Shown here: positions 32,719 to 42,799 of the stretch, in pieces
Position numbering within the stretch: the first letter of the stretch is position 1
Layout of the letters: each line of letters opens with the position of its first letter
From: an uncultured Planctomycetaceae bacterium
GTDB lineage: Bacteria > Planctomycetota > Planctomycetia > Isosphaerales > Isosphaeraceae
Assembly (NCBI GenBank): GCA_963803395.1
Contig: CAWDND010000098.1
Coordinates: forward strand, 1 to 42,799
DNA length: 42,799 nucleotides
Direction of reading: 5' to 3'
Made by a program: the position numbers and the translations under genes
Notes under the pieces: generated by a model
What the model saw: only the letters and a program-made list of their open reading frames with translations
The model's database searches: none
Told to the model about the DNA's origin: nothing

Positions 32719-34390
32719 ATGAACGACTCCCCGACGGGCTCGAATCCGCTGGTGCGACTGATCGATGCGATGGACAGGCCGTTGATTGTCCTGGCCATCG
32801 TCACGATGGTGCTTTATCTGATCGACCTGCACGGGATGATGGGTTGGGCCAAGGTGGTGTCCTACCTGACCCTGTTGATCGACCTGGTCTTCGTCTTCGA
32901 TCTCGTCCTGAAGCTCTGGGTGTTCGGTCGCGATTACATCCAGTCGCCCTGGTTCCTGATCGACGTGCTCAGTTGCCTGCCTGTGCTCGACGTGCTGGTC
33001 AGCGGGGTGTTCTCGTTCCATGCCATCCGGATCGTCCGGACGGCCCGGATCCTCCGGATCCTCCGCGGGCTCCGGATCCTGCGGGCCTTACGATCGATCC
33101 CAGCGTTCGAGCGGTTCGTCAAGGAGCACCCGTCCAGCGAGCATTCCCGGCGGTTCCGCCGGTTCATGAACATCGGGATGATCGCACTGACGGTGCTGAT
33201 CCTCGTGACGACCGTGATCGTCCGCCGGAAGATGGAACGCGACCACGTGCGGCGGATCGACGCCGTGCTGCGCGATCTCTCGAGCGGTACGTTTCTCAGA
33301 GCGCTGGGGGGGAGCTTGCAGCCGCCGCCCGACGCGGATTACGTGACCCGGACCCTCGGATCAGTGGCCGCCCGGAGGTCGTCTATTTCAGCCTCCAGCA
33401 GGTCGAGAACCGCGCCAACGAGATCGAGTTCTTCCTGATCCTGGGCATGATGTTCACGATGCTGCTGTTCATGTACATCATGGCCTACCATCAGCTCGAC
33501 GTTACCCAGTCGCAGTTGCGCGGCTTGCTCAACCTGTCGCTGCCGAAGCAGGTCGCCGAGCAGTTCGTGCTCGACCCGAAGGCCTACGCCAGGAAGAGCC
33601 GGACGCCGGCAACGATCATGTTCATGGACTTCGTCGGGTTTCACCACGACATGTGAGGAGCTGGCGCACGACCCCGACCGGCTCTCGGCGCACCTGGAGT
33701 CCGCGATGGACCGGCTGGTCGGCGAGCTGATCAAGCACGACATGATCATCGACAAGTTCATCGGCGACGCCATCATGAGCTTCCGGGGCGGCCCGCTGGT
33801 CAGCGGCGATCCTGCGGAGCACGCCTACCGCGCCGTGCGGGCGGCGCTGGACAGCATCAAGGCGCTGGCGGAGCTCGACGACCCCTACTTCCACTCCGTC
33901 AAGATCGGCGGCGCATCGTCGGACGACTGTCTGATCGGGGCGTTCGGCACCAGCGCACGGCTCTCGTACACGATCCTGGGCGACGCGCGTGAACCTCGCC
34001 GCGCGGCTCGAACCGGCCAGCACCAGTGCGGGACGCAGAACCTGTTCTGCGAGCGTACCTATCGTCTCTGCGCCGAGCACCCCGACCTGGTGTGGCGCCG
34101 CTGGGGGCGGATCCGGGTCGTCGGCAAGTCAGCCCGGTCTGAACGTTTACGAGGCATTCGAAGCGGCTGAACTGGGCAGACAATCGCGCGTTCCTCGCCA
34201 CCTTCATCGCGCCCTCGAAGCCTTCGAGCGGAACGACTTCGACCGCGCCCGCGACCTCTTCCTGATGGCCAACACGCAACGCCCGGGGGGCGACGAGCCG
34301 AGCCGGGGCTACGCGCACTGGTGCGAGCAATCTGCTCCTCGGCAGCCCGCCCGTCGGCTGGGAGCCCGTCTTCGAGACGCACAAATGATC
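32719..34390 (+). CDS. voltage-gated ion-channel domain fused to a class III adenylate/guanylate cyclase, at least 5 frameshifts
   Basis: Ion_trans-like TM segments with an S4 voltage sensor RIVRTARILRILRGLRILRALRS, and a pore/S6-like FFLILGMMFTMLLFMYIMAYHQLD. Cyclase motifs ATIMFMDFVGF, KFIGDAIM, ILGDAVNLAARLE and IRVVGKS-QPGLNVYE follow, spread over ORFs 32521, 32844, 33706 and 33989. Confidence 0.75.
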
Positions 34391-34760
34391 AGACATTGCA
34401 CAGGAAGCTCAGGAAAGGAGGAGAGACTCGAAACTCAGAAACCTTTCATCGGAACCCTGCGGGTGAACGAACCCCGCCCGGCAGAGCTTGGCCAGCAGCC
34501 GGAAGCGAGTCTGGCGTGGGGAGGGGTGACCCTCACTGCGAAGCGTAGACAGCGAGTGCCCAGGCCGTGCGATTGAGCCTCGAAAGCTTTCCGCGGGAGT
34601 CCTCGCTCTTGTCAGCCGCGGGGACCACGCCGACACGCCTCTATGGCCTGGCGTGCCCGGTCCCGCCGGGGTCGGAGAACAGGGCCAAGGCACACGAGGG
34701 GTCCCTGGGAACGGGCGCCGACCCAAAAAGTGCTCCGAGCCCCTCTCTTGCGTAGAATGA
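34388..34760 (+). ncRNA. group II intron 5'-domain-like structured element (RT-less), diverged paralog of 41728-42340
   Basis: About 75% identical over ~330 nt to the region preceding the group II RT at the window end (shared blocks agagactcgaa...aaacctttc.tcg.aaccctgcgggt...cccgcccgg...cagccgga.gcgagtct...gaagcgtagac...); no RT ORF follows, and an IS follows instead. Confidence 0.4.
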
Positions 34761-34794
34761 GAAGGAGAGAGAACAAGGTCAAGGAGGCTGGTCG

Positions 34795-36379
34795 ATGTTC
34801 TTCCGTTTTGGTTCAAAGTCGGGCAAGGCCGTTCCGCCTGCTGGGCAGGCTCTTAAGGACATTCACTTTCAGCTTCAACAGCAGCAGCAACTCTGGACTG
34901 AAAAGCTCGCCCAGGACCCCTCCTGCTTTGCCGCTTTGGAGCAAGAGGTCCATCTCCGCTTCGGCCAGCTCGCCGACCAGTTCGTCGCCAGCCTCCTCGC
35001 TGGGGTTGCCAGCCAGCCCGCTCTGCAAGACGCCGCGAAAAAAAAGTAACTGAGACCGAACGTCCCTTTCGTTCGCCCCAGCAACGCTCCCGCCGCATCC
35101 GCCTGCTCGGTGGCCTGATCCTCTGGGTCAGCACCGCCTACTACGCCGTTGTCAACCACACCGGCAAAGGCCGTGGTCGGGCTGGCTCTGGCCTGTACCC
35201 GGAGTTGGCTGTCCTGGGGATTCACCACGGCAAGACCGCTGCTTTGGTCGATCTCGTGGCCCGACAATCCGCCCTGCTGCCCTCCTTTGAGCATGCCCAG
35301 CGCGAGTTGAAGTCACACGGTCTGAACCTGCCACTCAAGGAGGTTCGCCGCATCGCCACCCATTTGGGGGCGCAGGTCTTGACGCGTCGCAAACGCGACC
35401 TGCTCGACTACCGCGACGGCCGGATGCCGGCTGGTCAGGAGCTGGCGGGCAAGCGTGTGGCCTGTTGCATCGACGCCGGCAAGAGCCGACTGCGCCGCGT
35501 CACGCGCAAGCAGAAAGGCAAGGGCAAATCCAAGAAGCAGCGCCGCCGTTACCAGACCGACTGGCGCAACGTCAAGTTGCTGATCATCTACGAGATCGAC
35601 GAGAAAGGCGAGAAGGTCCGAACAAGCTGTCCCTGGATCGACGGCACCTTCGGTGGGCCGGACGAAGCCATGGAACTGCTGGCGATGCACCTGCACCGGC
35701 TGGGTGCCGTCGGTGCGGAGGTGGTGGTGTTCCTGGCCGACGGTGCGCCGTGGATTTGGGAGCGGCTGGAGTGGGTGGCCAAACGTGTGGGGCTGCGCGA
35801 TCACAGTGGCATTTCGTCCTGGACTTCTGGCATGCGGCGCAACACGTCGGTCTGGCGCTGGGGCATGTGCCGAGAGCAGACAAGGAACGACGGCGGCTCT
35901 ACCGGAAGTTGCGGAAGTGGCTCAAGGGAGGCAAAGCCTGGGAGATGACCCAGGAACTGCGACGCCTGGGTGAGACGCATGGAGTGCTGGAGGCGATGCA
36001 GGAAGACCTTGGGGATCTGGAGAAGCATGAGGACCACTGCCACCTGGATTACGCGCGGTTTCGGCGTCGAGGCTTACCCATCGGCTCAGGTGCCGTGGAG
36101 AGTGCCATCCGCCGAGTGATCAACCTGAGAATCAAAGGACCCGGGGTGTTGTGGGAAGAAGAGAACGCCGAGGGGAGGGTCGTGCTGCGTGCTGCAGCAC
36201 TGTCAGGACGCTGGGAGGAACTGCTGGAGAAGACGCGGCAGAGCGTCTCGCGCGACCGGCGTATCGACTTCAAGTGGACCAGTCCGGACATGCGCGCCGA
36301 GTTAAAGGCGGGCGTCAAGGTACAGCCGCCGACGCCGCAAGTCCAGCAAAATGAGAAGCTTGAGTCACAGGCCGCCTGA
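34795..36379 (+). CDS. ISKra4/ISLre2-like DDE transposase, frameshifts at the A8 run near 35040 and near 35810
   Basis: AAGGAGG RBS; segments ...RVACCIDAGKSRLRRV...WRNVKLLIIYEID...VVVFLADGAPWIWERL..., HFVLDFWHAAQHVGLALGHV, YARFRRRGLPIGSGAVESAIRRVINLRIKGPGVLWEEENAEGRVVLRAAALSGRWEE (characteristic C-terminal motif of this transposase family). Confidence 0.65.
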
Positions 36380-36911
36380 CACATTTTGGGCTTGCGCCCA
36401 TGCGCAGGAGAAGCTCTGGGAGGTGGGTCGGCTCTTCCACCGGGAGGGGAGCGCGGAGTGGACGCGGTGGGTCGAGGAACTGGAGGAGTTGTTGTACAAG
36501 GGTCATGTGCGGGCGCTCCTACGACAGTTGGAGCAGGAGTTGCGGGGTGTGAGCCTACGGGGCCCCGGGACGAAGGAGAAACGGGAGGTCCTGAAGAAGG
36601 TCATCGCCTCCCTGGAGGCGCGGGTGAAGTTGATGGACTACGGTCGTTTGAGGAAAGAGGACCTGGTGCTCGCCACAGGTGTGGTGGAAGGTGCGGCGCG
36701 GTACGTGGTTGGCGAGCGGCTGGACAACAGCGGGATGAGCTGGATCGAGGAGCGTGCGAAGGCGGTGTTGCTGCTGCGGTGCATCGAGGTCAACGGCGAC
36801 TGGGAGGACTTCATGAGGTGGAGCCAAGAGCAGCGTAACCAAGAACTTGAACGTGGCCACGTCGTCCAGATCCGGAGCAAGACTCCCATCCAACTCCCCG
36901 AAGCAGCATGA
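36351..36911 (+). pseudogene. truncated ISKra4-like transposase (C-terminal fragment only)
   Basis: DTFWACAHAQEKL parallels LDFWHAAQHV, and VVEGAARYVVGERLDNSGMSWIEERAKAVLLLRCIEVNGDWEDF parallels IGSGAVESAIRRVINLRIKGPGVLWEEENAEGRVVLRAAALSGRWEE in the upstream gene. The N-terminal ~300 aa of a full-length transposase are absent. Confidence 0.55.
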
Positions 36912-37315
36912 GAAGGACAGACTTGCAGCCAAACGGTCTGCACCCTAGGCAAATCGGCACGGCAGGCGATCGACACTGCCGACGACCTGAGTGACCTGGA
37001 TACGGCAGATGTGTTCACGGAGGTTTCGCGCGGGATCGACAAGTGGCTGTGGTTCGTCGAGCGCACCTCCAGGCCGAGCGCTGACCGGGACGGCCACGTC
37101 GGGATCGACGCGCGCCGGGCCGCCGGTCCCCGTCGACTGCCTGGCGACATGAAATGGTCGATGTCGGGAGGTTGAAGGGGCCGGCGCATGGGTCTACTAT
37201 TGCTGCGCCGGCGCGGGGGATCGTTCAGCATCTTGTGGTCCCCCGCAATCTGCCATTGTTATGAGCACCGGCCGATCGGACCCTGAGTTCCTTCTTTTCG
37301 GATGGAGGTGGTCTG

Positions 37316-38876
37316 ATGCTGAATCAGCATGGACTCGTCACGGGAGTCATCCTCGCCCTGTCGGCGGGTGGACTCGTGCTCCTGGCGCACTCGGCGGCGG
37401 GCGAGGACCCGAACGCTCCGCCGCCCCAGCGCTCTCGCGACGCCCTCGCCGACGCCCAGACGCCGAAAGAAGTCCCGGCGGAGCGACCGGAACAGCAGAA
37501 GACGGCACACGACCGGTCCGACATCTTCACCCCGAGCAAGGCGTCGCCTTCCTCGGAGGCTCTGATCGACCAGCCGGAGCATGGCGGCATGACCGGCTTT
37601 GACTTCTATCGGGACCCTCTCGGCGCGATGAAACCGGGGACGACCTTCGAGGAGATCTACAAGGCCGCCGTCGCCAACAAGCCGGAGGTTCTGGCGCGGC
37701 AGCGAAAGCTGCTGGAAAGCCGCTACAATCTCGAGCCCAGGCTCGACCCGAACGCCACGATGTCGCGGGGCAAGCCCCTCGTGGTGGGGCCGACGGCCCG
37801 CCTGCCGCAGGGGATGGACTGGGCAATGCTGGCCGCCATGAGCCCGGCGGAGATCCGCCGCAAGGACGCCTTCCCGTACAAGGCGCTGCCCCACCCGGCG
37901 CAGGGGGGAGGGCTGGGCGGTCAGGTCTTTCCCCAGATGCAGATCAAGATGTTCCCCCGCCTGGAGCGTTACGACGTCGAGTTCGACCTCCCCGAAGCCT
38001 TCCTGCCCGAGTTCCCGCCCGCGATGTACCTCCAGAGCCGACCCGAGCTGGGCGACGTCTCCCGCGGCGAGGTCGTCTCGATCAACAATTACTACCGCCT
38101 GTTCAAGGACATCCTGACGCCGGTGCAGCTCGACGGCCTGCGCCTGCTGGTGACGCCGTTCCCCCAGGAGGAGTTCAATCCGACCGACGACCGCAAGAGC
38201 GCCGAGCCCAGCCTGGGAGTGACCTGCTTGGACTGCCACGTCAACGGCCACACCAGCGGGCAGTTCCACATCAATCCCGACACCCGGCCCGAGCAGCGGC
38301 GCATGCGCCTGGACACGGTGAGCCTGCGCGGCCTGTTCAACCAGCAGATTCACGGGTCGAAGCGGAGCCTGCGCTCGGTCGAGGACTTCACCGAGTTCGA
38401 GCAGCGGACGGCTTACTTCAACGGCGACGAGATTCACGCCATCAAGAAGGGGATGAACATCCTGGATCGCATCCAGGTGTCGCACATGGCCCAGATGCAG
38501 AACATGCTCGATTTCCCGCCCGCGCCCAAGCTGACCTCGCTGGGCCGCCTCGACCCGGAGAAGGCGACCGAGAGCGAGCGGCGCGGCGAGACGCTGTTCT
38601 TCGGCAAGGCGCAGTGCGCGGTCTGCCACCCGGCGCCGTCCTACCTCGACAATCAGATGCACGACCTGCACCTGGAGCGCTTTCTGGAACGTGAGGCGAG
38701 CGACGGCCCGATCAAGAGCTTCACGCTTCGCGGCATCAAGGATAGCCCGCCGTACTTGCACGACGGCCGCTGCCTGACCCTGGAGGACACTGTCGAGTTC
38801 TTCAACCTCGTCCTGGAGTTGAAGCTGACGAAGGATGAGAAGACAGGACCTGGTGGCGTTCTTGCGGCAACTGTGA
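37316..38876 (+). CDS. di-haem cytochrome c peroxidase family protein (CCP/MauG-like), secreted; terminal frameshift near 38840
   Basis: Signal peptide MLNQHGLVTGVILALSAGGLVLLAHSAAGE; two CxxCH haem motifs (CLDCHVNGH and CAVCHPAPS); C-terminus ...TKDEK|QDLVAFLRQL* recovered in the +2 frame. The 500-aa antisense ORF 37259..38761 is rejected. Confidence 0.85.
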
Positions 38877-38961
38877 GGGTGGCTGGGGACGACCTGGTCA
38901 GGCGCCGGGCCGTCCCCCGGGGGGCTCGCGGCGAACTTCCCAACGAATGGAGGGCTCTTCG

Positions 38962-39583
38962 ATGGACAGGGTCAATTCATTGTTCGAGTCGGCCGCACGG
39001 CTGGACCGGGTGGGCATCTCCGTGACTCGCATCGGGCTGGTGGTGGTGCTGGTCTGGATCGGCGGCCTCAAGGCCTTCCACTACTGAGGACGAGGGCATC
39101 GTGCCGTTCGTGGCCAACAGCCCGTTCATGGGTTTCTTCTACCGGCAACCCGCCGGAGAGTATCGGCAGCACATGAACCAGGAAGGTGAGCTGGTGCCCG
39201 CCAACCGGCAGTGGCATGAGCAGAACGGGACGTACCGTTTCGCCTATGGCCTCGGCGCCGGGATCGTGGCCTACGGCGTGATGATCGCGCTGCACCCCTG
39301 GCGGCCCGGGGTGGCGGCCGTCGGCAGTTTCCCGGTCTTCGTGATGCCGTTCGTGACCCTGTCCTTCCTGATCACGACGCCCGAGTGCTGGGTGCCGTCG
39401 CTGGGCAGTGCGGAGCACGGCTTCCCGCTGCTCTCCGGCGCCGGCCGGCTGGTCGTCAAGGACGCCATCATGATGGGCGCGGCGCTGGTCACCATGGCCG
39501 ACTCGGCGAAGGCATCCCTGCGAAAGAAGCTCGCCGTCCCAGGGTCGATGACCCTTCGGGAAGAGGTGCATATTGGCGTCTGA
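38962..39583 (+). CDS. DUF417 family inner-membrane protein (YkgB-like), frameshift/in-frame stop near 39085
   Basis: MDRVNSLFESAARLDRVGISVTRIGLVVVLVWIGGLKAFHY then (after a 1-nt shift) EDEGIVPFVANSPFMGFFY...AGRLVVKDAIMMGAALVTMADSA; matches DUF417 topology and the VIKD-like motif. Confidence 0.6.
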
Positions 39584-39642
39584 ACAACACGTGGGAGACT
39601 CCGGGACCCCGGTACGACGTCTCAAGAACGAGGAGCAAGACC

Positions 39643-40290
39643 ATGAAAATCGACAGGGATGATACCGCGCTGGTCGTCATCGACCCGCAGAACGATGTCT
39701 TGAGCGAGAACGGCGTCTCGTGGCCCCTGGTCGGCGACAGCGTCAAGGAAAACGACACCGTCGCGAACATCGAGCGTCTCTTCAGAGCCGCGAAGGAACG
39801 AGGGTTCGGGGTCTTCGTCTCTCCTCACTATATGTACCCCGCAGACCAGGCGTGGCAGTTCGGCGGAGCCGTCGAGCAGATGATGCTCGAGGGCAAGGAG
39901 TTCTTTCGCCCCGGTCCGCTCAACCTCGACGGATTCTCCGGCTCCGGGGCCGACTGGCTCGCGCGCTACAAGCCGTTCATCGAGGACGGCAAGACCGTGG
40001 TGGTCAGCCCCCACAAGGTGTACGGCCCTCAGAACAACGACCTCGTCCTGCAGCTCCGCAAGCGCCGCATCGAGAAGGTCGTCCTCGCGGGGATGATGGC
40101 AAACCTTTGCGTCGAGAGCCACCTGCGCGACTTGCTGGAGCAGGGCTTCGAGGTCGCCGTGGTGAAGGACGCGACGGCTGCTCCCCGGCACCCCGAGCTG
40201 GGCGATGGTTACAAGGCAGCGGTCATCAATTACGGCTTCCTGGCGAACGCGGTCCTGTCGACGGACGACGTGGTGAAGGCCATGAGATAG
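39643..40290 (+). CDS. isochorismatase family cysteine hydrolase
   Basis: GAGGAG RBS; TALVVIDPQNDVLSE (catalytic Asp), ...VVVSPHKVYGPQNNDLVLQLRKRRIEKVVLAGMMANLCVESHLRD (catalytic Cys in NLCVES). Confidence 0.9.
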   Translation: MKIDRDDTALVVIDPQNDVLSENGVSWPLVGDSVKENDTVANIERLFRAAKERGFGVFVSPHYMYPADQAWQFGGAVEQMMLEGKEFFRPGPLNLDGFSGSGADWLARYKPFIEDGKTVVVSPHKVYGPQNNDLVLQLRKRRIEKVVLAGMMANLCVESHLRDLLEQGFEVAVVKDATAAPRHPELGDGYKAAVINYGFLANAVLSTDDVVKAMR

Positions 40291-40471
40291 ACGCGGGGTC
40301 TCGCTCGAGTCGGCGGTCAGGCCGCCACAGCGGAACACCGCAGACGGACCCCAAGCCCTTCACGCTCCGCAGGGAGTCCCTGGCAGACATGGGGGCGTCC
40401 CTGCGTCTTGCCGGCGAAGCCAACCGGGGGCGATGCCAAGAACGAGGCCCTCTACAACCGGAGGACGTCCG

Positions 40472-41113
40472 ATGCTTCCCAAGCAGATCGCCGGGATTCC
40501 GATCCCCGACAGCACCCTGGCCGCCGAGGCGACCGAGCTGGTGCGCGACACCGAGTCCGAACTCCTCTTCGACCATTCCCTGCGGGTCTACCTGTTCGGG
40601 GCCCTGCAAGGCCGACATCTAGGGCTGAGCTACGACTCCGAGCTGCTCTACGTCGGGGCGATCTTCCACGACATGGGGCTGACGGAGGAGTATCGCAGCC
40701 CGGACGAGCGGTTCGAGGTGGACGGGGCCAACGCGGCCAGGCGATTCCTGGAGCAGCACGGCGTCCCCGAGGCGGAGATCGACGTCGTCTGGGACGCCAT
40801 CGCGCTACACACCACGCCGGGCATCCCCAAGTGGAAGAAACCCGAGGTCGCCCTGGTCACGGCGGGCGTCGAGCTGGATGTCCTGGGCCTGGGCTACGAC
40901 GACGTGCCGGCCGACGCCCGAGAGCAGGTCCTGGCGGCGTTCCCGCGGGTGGACTTCAAGCGGCGGATCGTCCGGGCGTTCGCCGACGGGATCGCACACA
41001 AGCCGCAGACCGCCTTCGGCAACGTCAAGGCCGACGTGCTCGACAAACTGCTCCCGGGATACGTGCGGCCGAACTTCTGCGAGATGATCGCCCGCTCTCC
41101 ATTCCGGGATTGA
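40472..41113 (+). CDS. HD domain-containing metal-dependent phosphohydrolase-like protein
   Basis: GGAGGA RBS; H...HD motif ([12 protein letters not shown] ... AIFHDMGL), about 210 aa, typical standalone HD fold. Confidence 0.8.
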   Translation: MLPKQIAGIPIPDSTLAAEATELVRDTESELLFDHSLRVYLFGALQGRHLGLSYDSELLYVGAIFHDMGLTEEYRSPDERFEVDGANAARRFLEQHGVPEAEIDVVWDAIALHTTPGIPKWKKPEVALVTAGVELDVLGLGYDDVPADAREQVLAAFPRVDFKRRIVRAFADGIAHKPQTAFGNVKADVLDKLLPGYVRPNFCEMIARSPFRD

Positions 41114-41160
41114 AGGAGCTGAGAACCACTCCCATCCTCCCACGAACCACGAGGTGTCCG

Positions 41161-41650
41161 ATGACGACTTCCCCAACGCCGAGGCCCGCGGCCGTCAACT
41201 CCCAGCCGTTCACGCGACAGTCCGCGCTCCTCAAGGTCCGGGCGGCCGAAGACGCGTGGAACTCCCGCGACCCCGATCGAGTGGCACTCGGTTACACCGA
41301 GGATTCGGTGTGGCGGAACCGGAGCGAGTTCATCGTCGGCCGCGACCAGATCCGCCGGTTCCTGGCCGGCAAGTGGGCTCGCGAATTCGACTACCGGCTC
41401 GTGAAGGACCTGTGGGCCTTCACCGACGACCGGATCAGCGTGCGTTTCCAGTACGAATGGCACGACGCCGACGGCCACTGGCATCGCAGCTACGGCAACG
41501 AACAGTGGGAGTTCGACGAACGGGGCCTGATGCGGCGCCGCGAGGCCAGCATCAACGACGTCCCCATCCTCGAGGCCGAACGCAGGTTCTTCTGGCCCTG
41601 CGCCCGGCCCCCGGCCCGCGGACCACCCGGGCATCCCGGACGTCCAATAG
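41161..41650 (+). CDS. DUF1348 family (NTF2-like fold) protein, terminal frameshift in a C-rich run near 41600-41620
   Basis: ...[96 protein letters not shown]...; the C-terminus [13 protein letters not shown] is recovered in the shifted frame (TAG at 41648-41650). Confidence 0.7.
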
Positions 41651-41727
41651 CCCGCGGCAGGATGCGAAATCCAGGGTGCTCAACGGAACTCGTGATCCTG
41701 GGAGATCCCTTTCACGGGCAGGGGAAA

Positions 41728-42799
41728 AGGTGTCATAGCGTCAGGATAAGCCTGGGAAAGGGGGAAGAGACTCGAACTCGGAAACCTTTCGTCGCAACCC
41801 TGCGGGTAGCATAATCCCGCCCGGCCAAGCTGGGCCAAGCAGCCGGACGCGAGTCTTGCGTCGTGTCGGGTGACCGCCAGGACGAAGCGTAGACCGCCAG
41901 TCCCAAGGCCGTGTGATCGAGCCCCGAAATCTTCTCTTCGCGGGAGCCTTCGTTGTTGACACCAGCGGGGGCCATGTCGAGACGCCGCAAGGGCCTGGCG
42001 TCCTCGGTCCTAGCGGGGTCCAAGAGCAGGGCATAGGGACACAAGGGTGACCCAGGAACCTGAGAGACCCTGTCGTTTCCACCGACAATTCCGGCTCGGG
42101 AACCGGAACAGCAACTCCCCGGAGCCCAGGGCCGTGCGGCTCGGCCGCTGGGAGCAAACCAGGCGCAAGGGTGGTATCGCCAAGCGAAGGCAACGAAGCG
42201 CGGCGAGACGGACGGCCGGGGGTCTGAGCGCCTCAGAGGACCGAGGAAGCGGGGGAACCGGACCGAGGCACCCCGCGGAGGGAAGGGGACGCCGTTTCAA
42301 GGAACCGTTGGAGGGAAACCTGTCGGGTGCCCAGAAACCCGTGTACGTGTCAACGCTACAACAACGGAGAGCGGAACTCGCTCGAGAGAAGCCGGAGATG
42401 GGCTTCACGTCCCTGGCCCACCTCATCGACATCCTCTGGCTCCACGAGGCCGACAACCGCACCCGCAAAGCTGGGGCCGTCGGCGTGGACGGACAGACCG
42501 GCAAGGACTATGAGGCGAACTGGGAGGGCAACCTCCCAGCGCTCCTGGACCGAGCCAAGTCCGGCACGTACGTCGCCCCTCCGGTGCGTCGGGTCCACAT
42601 CCCCAAGGCCGGCGCGGTCACCGAGACCCGTGCCCTCGGGATTCCGACCTGCGAAGACAAAGTGCTTCAGAGGGCGGTCGCCATGGTCCTGGAGACGATC
42701 TACGAGCAGGACTTCCTGGACTGCTCGTACGGCTTCCGGCCCGGGCGATCGGCGCACCAAGCCCTGGAGGCCCTGTGGCAACGGACGAGGAAGACGGGG
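41728..42799 (+). mobile_element. group II intron, 5' part (domains I-III/IV plus the start of the intron-encoded protein); 3' end beyond the window
   Basis: About 600 nt of non-coding, GC-balanced structured sequence immediately upstream of a group II-type RT ORF, which is the canonical position of intron domains I-IV. Confidence 0.6.
42397..42799 (+). CDS. group II intron-encoded reverse transcriptase/maturase, 3'-partial (alternative GTG start at 42346)
   Basis: RT domain 0/1/2 signatures: GAVGVDGQTGKDYEANWEGNLPALLDRAKSGTYVAPPVRRVHIPKAG..TRALGIPTCEDKVLQRAVAMVLETIYEQDFLDCSYGFRPGRSAHQALEAL. Confidence 0.85.

Larger units (their letters stand above)
34760..36950 (+). mobile_element. IS region: one ISKra4-like IS plus an abutting 3' fragment of a second, paralogous IS
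   Basis: A transposase gene followed immediately by a second ORF encoding only the C-terminal ~185 aa of a related transposase; the ends/inverted repeats were not identified. Confidence 0.5.

Noticed and set aside
37259-38761. 500-aa ORF on the minus strand
   Set aside because: It is antisense to the di-haem cytochrome c peroxidase gene, which has two CxxCH motifs and a signal peptide. Its composition is Arg/Ala/Gly-rich, typical of GC-rich antisense frames.

Overview
This is a high-GC (~68-70%) bacterial chromosomal window, Planctomycete-like in gene content. It encodes housekeeping, membrane and signalling proteins, none of which forms one obvious novel system. Recognisable genes are: an ABC-2 exporter (ATPase plus tandem-duplicated permease), a VOC/glyoxalase, an M81/MlrC peptidase, ClpX, an FG-GAP/VCBS repeat protein, an SDR reductase, a single-domain KaiC-like RecA-superfamily ATPase, a Tad/CpaC-type secretin with a TPR lipoprotein, a flotillin (SPFH) protein, a DUF45/SprT-like HExxH protein, a secreted peroxiredoxin, a large Planctomycete-type membrane protein with a C-terminal TPR, an FKBP lipoprotein, a flavin reductase, a Ser/Thr kinase, an XPB/ERCC3-type helicase followed by proteins with XPB-N-terminal-like modules, a voltage-gated-channel::class III adenylate cyclase fusion, an ISKra4-like IS with a truncated paralog beside it, a di-haem cytochrome c peroxidase, DUF417, isochorismatase, HD-domain and DUF1348 proteins, and a group II intron whose reverse transcriptase runs off the 3' end of the window. 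A diverged, RT-less paralog of that intron's 5' structured region lies about 7 kb upstream, next to the IS. At least 15 conserved genes, including the essential clpX, need one or more frameshifts to be read end to end. Many of the shifts sit at G/C/A homopolymers, so they look like indel sequencing errors rather than real pseudogenes. All gene coordinates are frameshift-tolerant estimates. I found no rRNA, tRNA or CRISPR array by eye.
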